From: Candidatus Aminicenantes bacterium
Lineage (GTDB): Bacteria > Acidobacteriota > Aminicenantia > Aminicenantales > JAFGBC01
Reading direction: 5' to 3'
Assembly: GCA_963702005.1 (NCBI GenBank)
Contig: OY969696.1
Coordinates: 96,001-160,000, forward strand
DNA length: 64,000 nt
The position numbers were made by a program, and so were the translations under genes. The notes below the pieces were generated by a model. That model searched no databases. It saw only the letters and a program-made list of their open reading frames with translations, and had not been told where the DNA came from. Positions 57,083 through 64,000 of the stretch are shown one piece after another. How positions within the stretch are numbered: position 1 is the first letter of the stretch; the number at the start of each line of letters is the position of its first letter.

Positions 57083-57374
57083 AGAAACGATGAAGCGCTA
57101 TCCCAGGCTGACCGCGCACGTGATAGCCGAGTCTCTCGGCTACGCCACGCCTTCGCGGGCGGCAGCCATCGTCAGGGACGCAAAAGAGCGCCGGCCGAAT
57201 TATTGCGAATGGATCGACGCCTGCTACGGCTGCGACCCGCTGCCGGCGGTGAAGAACGCAATAAGGAACAGGCACAATCACAGCGGCTTCATGGCCGAAT
57301 ACAAGCTCGCGCTGGCGTTGGTGCGCCGCGCAATCGACACGGGCGACGAGCCGGTCTTCGCGAGCTGGTTTTAA
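57027..57374 (+). CDS. hypothetical protein (true start probably 57072 or 57090)
   Basis: Co-oriented; GC3-rich. Confidence 0.6.
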   Translation: MSKSGGGSIEAIKKELSVEETMKRYPRLTAHVIAESLGYATPSRAAAIVRDAKERRPNYCEWIDACYGCDPLPAVKNAIRNRHNHSGFMAEYKLALALVRRAIDTGDEPVFASWF

Positions 57375-57393
57375 GCGGGGTTGAGGTGGGAAA

Positions 57394-57684
57394 GTGACGA
57401 AATTCGATACGGACGGGGAGAATCTTTACATCGACGGCAAGAAGGTCCTGCGCGGTTGGGAGTCGTTCTCGGGCTGGTACTGGTTCGCTACCGAGAAAGT
57501 CCGGAAGCAGTTGAGCGATTTCGGCAACGGAAAGGGAGTCCCCGATACCATCTATTTCGGGCTGGTCCAGGGCTTCGAGGAGGAATGGGGCTATTTCAGC
57601 CAAGCAGAAATCGAGAGCCTGAAGCCTAAAACTTGGGAGATCCCGAAGGAGAATCTGCCTTATGCGGGAAGGAGAAGACGATAG
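57394..57684 (+). CDS. DUF2958-like small protein
   Basis: GWYWFATE...IYFGLVQGFEEEWGYFS..EIESL. Confidence 0.7.
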   Translation: MTKFDTDGENLYIDGKKVLRGWESFSGWYWFATEKVRKQLSDFGNGKGVPDTIYFGLVQGFEEEWGYFSQAEIESLKPKTWEIPKENLPYAGRRRR

Positions 57685-57687
57685 CAG

Positions 57688-58122
57688 ATGAAATCCACTA
57701 AATTCATGTCGGCGGAAGAAAAGGGGAAAGTGCTTAAAGACTGGCAGCGCTTCATAGCAAGTGATTTCAGCAGGGCATATTTCACCCATTCTCTCTATAA
57801 CCACCTGATTCAACATTGCTCTTTCATCGCGCACTACAACGAGCAGGGTTTTTATGGTTCTTATTTCGAAGATCCGGGGAAGACGCTGAAATTCCTGAAA
57901 CAGTTTGACGGGGATTATGGCTGCAAAAGCGTCGAGTATGGGTCAGGATACTGGCTAACGAACGAGGAGTATAGGGACATTAACTCTGCCATGATAAATG
58001 CCCTCCAGCCGCATAAGAAAACGATATATTCAGGACTGAAGCAAAAAACAAGGGAGACAAAATTACGGCAGATGGAGAAATTGAGAATTGAAATAGAGGA
58101 GTTAGATCGACGAGGTGACTGA
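57688..58122 (+). CDS. hypothetical protein of mobile-element type
   Basis: FTHSLYNHLIQHCSFIAHYN..GFY..YF motif; within the operon. Confidence 0.65.
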   Translation: MKSTKFMSAEEKGKVLKDWQRFIASDFSRAYFTHSLYNHLIQHCSFIAHYNEQGFYGSYFEDPGKTLKFLKQFDGDYGCKSVEYGSGYWLTNEEYRDINSAMINALQPHKKTIYSGLKQKTRETKLRQMEKLRIEIEELDRRGD

Positions 58123-58321
58123 AATGGGAACGCACACCGTCCATACGGATTGCGTTAAATGCAGGGGAAAAGATTCTTTAATCTATACGTTTGACACGAG
58201 AAATCCAATTTCGGGCGAGGCCTTCTGCCTTAACTGCGGCCGTTATTACAGCACTATTGAGAAGAAGCTGGCCAAAAAAGAATTGACAGAATTGAGAAAA
58301 GAATACGGATGGGGTGACTGA
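58115..58321 (+). CDS. zinc-ribbon small protein
   Basis: CVKC...CLNCG. Confidence 0.65.
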   Translation: MTEMGTHTVHTDCVKCRGKDSLIYTFDTRNPISGEAFCLNCGRYYSTIEKKLAKKELTELRKEYGWGD

Positions 58322-58664
58322 GACGAGCTATTACCTTACCGTCGCCGACCAGGGCCTTAAAGCCAAAAAGGACATCTCTGACGAACTCAAAAAGCTATAC
58401 GATGAAAACAAGGTTTATCTCTATTGGCACTGGGAAAACGGTTTCGTTGGCTTAGACGATGGATATTTCAGATGGGACGAGGATTTCTTCCAGGACCTGC
58501 TTGCGCTAAAATCCATTGGCGTCAGGGGAGACATGACGGCTCAAGGCGAAGAAGGCGAGCACTATAAGTATGTCATAAATAACAGAGCCGTGAAGGAATA
58601 TTACGGCACAGTCAGGTTTCCAAAAAAGCCCGCCAGGGTAATCAAAGGCAATATGGACCTATAG
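58314..58664 (+). CDS. hypothetical protein, 116 aa
   Basis: Overlapping GTG start; GEEGE motif. Confidence 0.6.
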   Translation: MTETSYYLTVADQGLKAKKDISDELKKLYDENKVYLYWHWENGFVGLDDGYFRWDEDFFQDLLALKSIGVRGDMTAQGEEGEHYKYVINNRAVKEYYGTVRFPKKPARVIKGNMDL

Positions 58665-59137
58665 TAATTTGATTTTAAGGGTGATTGATTGGACCCTGAT
58701 ATTTGCTGATACAACAAGGAGTCAAGGTGATAGAAACCTTCGCACGGAAATCAACCGCTAACAATCCATCTGGACCATTAGAATTCTACTTGAAAAACCG
58801 GTTCAAAATAGAACGCAATAATTCTGATTTTCAACTTGTACGCTTAGAGTTAAAATGAGAAACGCTATTTTTTTATGAGATTTCCTAACACAAAGGAGAT
58901 TATAACGAAAACTGTGTAAACCTCATTGAATAGGTAAAATGAATCAAGGAGGTTCCATTGACACTTGACCGGGACGAACTGAAAAAACTGCTCAAGAAAA
59001 CGGCTGGCCAAGCTGAAAGGTTCCCGATGGCTCGGGATACTCGATACCTAGCGCATCATATGGACGAAATCAAGGGCCGGAGCGAGGCAACCTTTTTCGA
59101 GTTACAATCGTCTTCTAAATAGAAAGGAAGGTTTGTT

Positions 59138-60598
59138 ATGGAGACTGAAAAATCGGCGGCTCGAATCAAATCAGCCATGGCGACCGGCGTTTTGTTTATT
59201 GCCGTTCTCTTAGGGATCTGCCGGGAGCTGGCGGCGCAGGGCCCGGCCGTCTCCTATTATTATCATCCCCAAACGGAACTTTCCTGGGCCCGCTGCGAGG
59301 TCCGACTGGCGGGAAGCTCTCGGCAGAAGATTCCGTTCCTGCCCGTCGTCTGTTCCAGCTTCAGGCACGCGTCGATGGGGATTGGAAATTACGAAAAAGA
59401 TGTCTTAATTGACGGTCCCATCGTCTTCGTCGGAAACGGGATTCCTGGGGCTGGTGCCCCGGACTGTTACACTGGGAAAAGGGCGGATTACACCGACGGC
59501 CGGATTGATGTTTCGGGATGCATCGTCATTTTCTGCTATGACATGGCCGACGGCATCGAGGCAAAGAGGGGAAAGGAATTCCCTCTCTCCAGGCGGATTG
59601 CCGAAGCTGCCGCACGGAAAGCGGCTGCCGTCGTCGTTTTCTCGTCCACTAAAGAGTTCCCGTTCCCGACCGTCGGGTACGACCGGGAGGATCAAATCCC
59701 CGACATTCCGGTCATCGCCGTGACGAAGAGCTCGATTCTGAACATTTTGGCCAGCGCCGGGGAGGACGGAGAGGCTCTGTTGAAAAACTGGGCGGAATCC
59801 GGCAATCCTCTCAAATCCCGAGTCCTCATCTCCCGCTTGTCGCTCAAAATCAGGGGCCGGTTTGACAAGATCGAGACCGAAAATTTTCTCTTCCGGTTCA
59901 TGAATGATTCGATCCCCGGAGACCAGATGGCCGAACTGGCCCGCGTTAACGAGAAGGCCTTGGCGCTTCTCCGGAAGCTCTTCGAGGAAGAGAAAGGTCT
60001 ACGCTGGGAAAAAAGCCCGGTTTATTACTTCCGCGACTATGACATCAAACTTTTTTATACGCACCATTGGGGGCTAGGCTGGGCCACCGGGGAAGGGACA
60101 TACATGGTACACGAGGGAGGTGCACCAAACTTCCCCTTAGTCGCGCATGAAAACGCCCACATCCTGATGTTCGCGAACTGGGGAGGCTCATCTTCTTTTC
60201 TCTCGGAAGGGATCGGGAGATACGCCGAGGCCGAAGCTGGCGACCGGGACGAAAATGACCGCTTGACGGTTCAATATCTCAAGGAAGGGAAGCTCTTCCG
60301 TTTGAAGGATATGTTATCTTTCGACATCGGAATGCCCGGCCAAGAAACGGAGGTCGGATACCCCGCCTCCGGCTCCTTCGTCGGATTCCTCATCCGCTTG
60401 CACGGCCTCAAGTCTCTCAAGGAGGCCTACAGGCTCGTCGCCCGGACCGAGGACGGAGGAAAAAGCGATGATATCTGGCGGAAGGCGGCCGGGAAATCCC
60501 TCGCCGACCTGGAACGAGAATGGCTGACCGGCCTGGCGAAAGGCCATCCGGAGGACGCCGACGCCGTCCGCGCCTATCTCGCGAAACTAGCCAAATAG
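59138..60598 (+). CDS. secreted PA-domain plus gluzincin (peptidase MA-like) protein
   Basis: Signal peptide; GPIVFVGNGI..DCY...DVSGCIVI (PA domain); VAHENAH and SFLSEGIGRY; YPASGSFVGFL. Confidence 0.85.
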   Translation: METEKSAARIKSAMATGVLFIAVLLGICRELAAQGPAVSYYYHPQTELSWARCEVRLAGSSRQKIPFLPVVCSSFRHASMGIGNYEKDVLIDGPIVFVGNGIPGAGAPDCYTGKRADYTDGRIDVSGCIVIFCYDMADGIEAKRGKEFPLSRRIAEAAARKAAAVVVFSSTKEFPFPTVGYDREDQIPDIPVIAVTKSSILNILASAGEDGEALLKNWAESGNPLKSRVLISRLSLKIRGRFDKIETENFLFRFMNDSIPGDQMAELARVNEKALALLRKLFEEEKGLRWEKSPVYYFRDYDIKLFYTHHWGLGWATGEGTYMVHEGGAPNFPLVAHENAHILMFANWGGSSSFLSEGIGRYAEAEAGDRDENDRLTVQYLKEGKLFRLKDMLSFDIGMPGQETEVGYPASGSFVGFLIRLHGLKSLKEAYRLVARTEDGGKSDDIWRKAAGKSLADLEREWLTGLAKGHPEDADAVRAYLAKLAK

Positions 60599-60885
60599 TG
60601 ACCATTCCGGGTTCGTCGTCATTTCCTACGATTCCGGGGCATGTGGTCTATAACAGTTTTTCAGAATACACCGGAACCGAGCCGCCAAACCTCGAACCAA
60701 CTGGTCAATTTTCATCCTTTTCCTTGAATTCCACCTGCTGCTGAATTCTTAAGGATTCTTCCTGGCCTAGAGTCGAGAGATACCTCAAGACCATGGAGAT
60801 CGACGAGTGGCCCAGATGGTGCTGGAGGGCTTTAGAGTTTCCGGTCTGCCTCAGCCCAAAAAGCAAAACGCAGCTCTGTCACTTG

Positions 60886-60965
60886 CAGCCAAGAATCGGG
60901 AGCTTGAAGCCAAAGACTTGGGAGATCCCGAAGGAGAATCTGCCGTATTCGGGGAGAAGAAAATA
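60886..60965 (+). repeat. duplicate 3' end of the DUF2958-like gene (57597..57684)
   Basis: ACTTGGGAGATCCCGAAGGAGAATCTGCC shared exactly. Confidence 0.88.
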
Positions 60966-60994
60966 ATAGACTAGAAAGGCAGTTATAAGCAGAC

Positions 60995-62737
60995 TCAATT
61001 ACAGTATTTTGTAATGAAGTTTTTATCAATATAAATTTCTTTAGATAGCTCGTCTTTTAGCCATTTTTTAAAAATGGATGGACTTAGCCTTTCACCTCCA
61101 AAGATATTACAAGAAATCATATAACACCTTTTTCGTGTCCTAGCTAGAGCCACAATTAATCTATATATATCTCTATTACTGGGAGGCGTTTTTTGAGGGA
61201 AATGATTTTCATTAACTCCAACGATAAATACGTACTGAGCCGCTAAGCCTTTTGAGCCCTCAAATGAAGTACAAAGAATATAAGGTGTATCAACTTCTTT
61301 TCCCAATATTTCTTTCTGTGTTTTGGCTTCTTCTTTATAATTTTGCAGTTTTGATTCTATCTCTTCTAAAGAAAGGCATAGAGTGGCTTCGATTGTTTTT
61401 TGTTCTACAACGTTCAGATCATTGCCGCATAATATTTTATTTACTATATTCGATATTTTCTGATGTTTAGAGATATATTTTTTTGATGAGATGAAATCAT
61501 ATATGTCGCGCTTTTCCGAAATTGCCTTTCTAATAATTTTATTGATATTAGTGCAAGGATCACAATGCAATAATATACGCCAGCCCAAACGAGATTTGCC
61601 ATTTTTTACTACGGATTTATACCCATCTAAAATATTTATTACATCATCCTCTCGTTTTTTTTCCGCAACATAGTCGAACTTTTCATTCAATTCCTTCCTA
61701 ACACCTTCAAGGAATTGTCCGGGTCCAATGATCAATGCTGTTGGTTCCTTCAATCTTTTTGATTCCCTAATATATGAAGCTGGAATTTCGGATATCTCTT
61801 TTACGATAAATTTCCCTATATAATGGCAATTTTTCCTTTCCACAGTACAGTTCACGTTAATAATATGGGGATGTCTCTTACTATCTTCTTCTTTGTCTGG
61901 AGGAAAATACTTGAACAGTTTATTCACCCTCCCATCTAAACGTCCATTTTCCTTTGCGATACAGACTATTTTATTAACAGCATCAACAATGATTCTCGTA
62001 CATCTCGAACAATAAGGCAGTTCGAATCTTTGATATTCCGAATCATGAATTAACCGCCTGATGTAATCAGGTGAAGCCTGTTTAAAAGCATACAGTGCTT
62101 GATCATCGTCACCTACTATCAATACTGGACTCTTCCTAGACAGAACTTCGACCAAGCTTATCTCCAAAAAGTTAAAATCTTGATATTCATCAACAACAAT
62201 CAGAGGGTAATTGCGAATTCGATTTGGATAAGTTTCATAATATTTAATAACTCGGTATACAGAGTCAGAATGGCCAGCTGCATTATAATAATCCCCGATC
62301 TTTAACGTTGATTTAATTACTTCATCATTTTTTAGCCCAAAAAAGCACCTTTCAATATTCTCATCACTATTTTTATCAAGTTCAAGAATATCAAAATCCT
62401 CTTCAATTACTTTAAGAATATTCGGATAATACTCAAACGCTTCATTCTTGAAACTATGAACTATCGATTTACAATAAGCATGAAAAGTTGAAACTTTTGC
62501 CAACCCTGCCAACTCAATTTTCAAGTCAGCGACTAGATTTTTTATAAAAGTAAGAGCTAACCCTTCTTCACCAGAAGCATCCTTAAGCTTTCTAAATAAG
62601 GACTTAAATATATATGTTTTTCCTGTTCCAGGACCGGCAATTATCAATTTTTTCCGGCTTGGCGAATTCATGATTGCGTCAGTATATTTCTTGCGGTCCT
62701 TTTTATAGAAATCCATATCAAAGTCATTCATAAACAA
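60995..62737 (-). CDS. UvrD/Rep-like SF1 helicase (compact, GajB-like)
   Basis: AGPGTGKT, STFHAY, IVVDEYQD, VGDDDQALYAF, CSRC, SKGL, YRLIVALARTR. Confidence 0.88.
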   Translation of the reverse strand: MFMNDFDMDFYKKDRKKYTDAIMNSPSRKKLIIAGPGTGKTYIFKSLFRKLKDASGEEGLALTFIKNLVADLKIELAGLAKVSTFHAYCKSIVHSFKNEAFEYYPNILKVIEEDFDILELDKNSDENIERCFFGLKNDEVIKSTLKIGDYYNAAGHSDSVYRVIKYYETYPNRIRNYPLIVVDEYQDFNFLEISLVEVLSRKSPVLIVGDDDQALYAFKQASPDYIRRLIHDSEYQRFELPYCSRCTRIIVDAVNKIVCIAKENGRLDGRVNKLFKYFPPDKEEDSKRHPHIINVNCTVERKNCHYIGKFIVKEISEIPASYIRESKRLKEPTALIIGPGQFLEGVRKELNEKFDYVAEKKREDDVINILDGYKSVVKNGKSRLGWRILLHCDPCTNINKIIRKAISEKRDIYDFISSKKYISKHQKISNIVNKILCGNDLNVVEQKTIEATLCLSLEEIESKLQNYKEEAKTQKEILGKEVDTPYILCTSFEGSKGLAAQYVFIVGVNENHFPQKTPPSNRDIYRLIVALARTRKRCYMISCNIFGGERLSPSIFKKWLKDELSKEIYIDKNFITKYCN

Positions 62738-62762
62738 TATCCCTTTGACTGGGATAATATCA

Positions 62763-62857
62763 GAATAGGTTTACTTCTCGCAATCGATAATCAAGACCTT
62801 AAGACATTGAATGTCAAGAAGAAGGACTTGCCGTATGCGGGGAGGAGAAGAGATTAA
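62763..62857 (+). repeat. third, more diverged copy of the DUF2958-like 3' end
   Basis: AAGAAGGACTTGCCGTATGCGGGGAGGAGAAGAGATTAA encodes KKDLPYAGRRRD* vs KENLPYAGRRRR*. Confidence 0.7.
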
Positions 62858-62867
62858 ACGGAAGGTG

Positions 62868-63062
62868 ATGAAAACGGACAGAGTAAAGCTCACTGTTGAA
62901 GATATAGAGCCGCTGGAAAAGACTATTGAAAAATACGCTTCTATGGGAAGCGGCCTTATCTGGTATAAAGGTGTTGGATGGGACTGGAGAATGGCGATAT
63001 ATGCACTTGAGGATTTGAAGGCAAGGAGGCATGAATACAAAAAGCAGAATTCTAGAGAATAA
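62868..63062 (+). CDS. hypothetical protein, 64 aa
   Basis: Follows the third repeat copy as backbone genes follow the first; purine-rich upstream sequence. Confidence 0.5.
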   Translation: MKTDRVKLTVEDIEPLEKTIEKYASMGSGLIWYKGVGWDWRMAIYALEDLKARRHEYKKQNSRE

Positions 63063-63076
63063 AAAAAAGGATTTAT

Positions 63077-63772
63077 TTAATGAGTTTGCTGAATTTTTGA
63101 ATAATTATAGCATTTTTTTTGAAGAGAACACTTTTCACACTTAGGATTACGTGGAGAACATATTAAAGCGGTAAAATCAACTATCCCCAGATTCGCTTTT
63201 TTGGGATTGTTACATGACGCGTACTTTTTTGCAATCCCAATGATATATCTATCCCTTCTTCCTTCTTTAGTTGTAGAAATTCCAAAATATCTCTTAAATA
63301 TTCTTACTATATTACTGTCAACAGCCCATTCTGGCTTGTTGAAAGCCACAGAAAGGACCATGCCGGATACATAATCGCCTGTTCCTGGCATCTTGATTAG
63401 ATCCTCTCTTTTCTTTGGAATTCTTCCATCATAATTTTTTACCAAGTATCGGCAGACTTTTTTGAAATTTTTAACTCTCCATAATAGCCCCAAAGGATAA
63501 AGAATTTTGTGAATATTTTTTAAATTTGTTCTTGCAACGTCATTTGGATCGCTGAATTCAGAAAAAAACTTATTATATACATCCACCACCTGATCTGCTT
63601 TTGTCCTCTGAAGCATCATTTCGGCGATCAGAATTCTGAATGGATCGGAGGTTTCCCTCCATGGATATTTTCTCTCATTCCTGTTAAACCATCGAACAAT
63701 TTTATTCCTGAATTTGACAATATCTTTTTCAGCAGGAAGTTTTTCTCTGTCTGCTAACAAATCAGCATTCAT
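63077..63772 (-). CDS. HhH-GPD DNA glycosylase with Fe-S loop (MutY N-terminal / T:G mismatch glycosylase type)
   Basis: RKYPWR..DPFRILIAEMMLQRT, MPGTGDY, VDSNIVR, CSPRNPKCEKCSLQKKC; no MutT-like C-terminal domain. Confidence 0.88.
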   Translation of the reverse strand: MNADLLADREKLPAEKDIVKFRNKIVRWFNRNERKYPWRETSDPFRILIAEMMLQRTKADQVVDVYNKFFSEFSDPNDVARTNLKNIHKILYPLGLLWRVKNFKKVCRYLVKNYDGRIPKKREDLIKMPGTGDYVSGMVLSVAFNKPEWAVDSNIVRIFKRYFGISTTKEGRRDRYIIGIAKKYASCNNPKKANLGIVDFTALICSPRNPKCEKCSLQKKCYNYSKIQQTH

Positions 63773-63777
63773 GATTT

Positions 63778-64000
63778 CTAAGTCCTAATTTTCAAGATTA
63801 GATTCAATAATATCTGCACCATTTCTGGAATTTTCATTCCATCTATTTCATTCTTCTGTTCCACATATTGCATAATATTATGTGCTTTCGAATTGGCATA
63901 CCTTCTGAATGGTTTGCACAGTTCCAAAAACTTATCTATATATGACTGTTCTTCCTGAGTGAATTGATTTTTATTCTGATCCAGATTTTCAATAAGCGTG
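63778..64000 (-). CDS. 3' end of a gene entering from the right edge (HEPN-like motif)
   Basis: ...FLELCKPFRRYANSKAHNIMQY...LILKIRT-TAG at 63780-63778. Confidence 0.55.
   Translation of the reverse strand, partial: TLIENLDQNKNQFTQEEQSYIDKFLELCKPFRRYANSKAHNIMQYVEQKNEIDGMKIPEMVQILLNLILKIRT

Larger units (their letters stand above)
36400..64000. mobile_element. putative integrated element (or nested elements) with an archaeal-type backbone and defence cargo; boundaries not defined
   Basis: Orc1/Cdc6, HerA-like ATPase, Zn-ribbon integrase, RadC and small-gene cluster; GC-rich backbone interrupted by AT-rich cargo. Confidence 0.6.

Noticed and set aside
1-64000. CRISPR array
   Set aside because: No run of regularly spaced 23-47 bp repeats with unique spacers was seen; the GTTTAAAC array is too short and no cas genes are present

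Overview
A 64 kb accessory region with no rRNA, intact tRNA, CRISPR array or housekeeping genes, and a mosaic of GC-rich and AT-rich blocks. The left half (1 to ~34 kb) looks bacterial. Repeated 6-bladed beta-propellers, an Acidobacterial-type VWA protein and a PAS/HD-GYP protein suggest an Aminicenantes/Acidobacteriota-like host (inference). It carries a phage-like XRE switch with an HExxH partner, and a candidate new RiPP locus: two paralogous 8-Cys precursors (one with a Tat signal), a radical SAM/SPASM enzyme and a secreted beta-propeller. It also has a second Cys-rich secreted peptide locus (redoxin, propeller, 10-Cys peptide), secreted nucleases, phosphoesterases and proteases, and a short tyrosine recombinase beside a dispersed repeat family. 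The right half (~36 to 64 kb) looks like an integrated element with an archaeal-type backbone: Orc1/Cdc6 followed by four GTTTAAAC palindromes, a HerA-like ATPase-nuclease fusion, a zinc-ribbon tyrosine integrase, a DUF2283 module and TATA-like leaderless gene starts. It includes a RadC-containing small-gene cluster and many AT-rich defence-like cargo genes (HEPN, DUF3800, DUF4062, NERD-like, GIY-YIG, UvrD, mismatch glycosylase). Across the window, cargo blocks are repeatedly bracketed by diverged duplicate fragments of neighbouring gene ends. All family calls come from reading motifs by eye; no database search was run.
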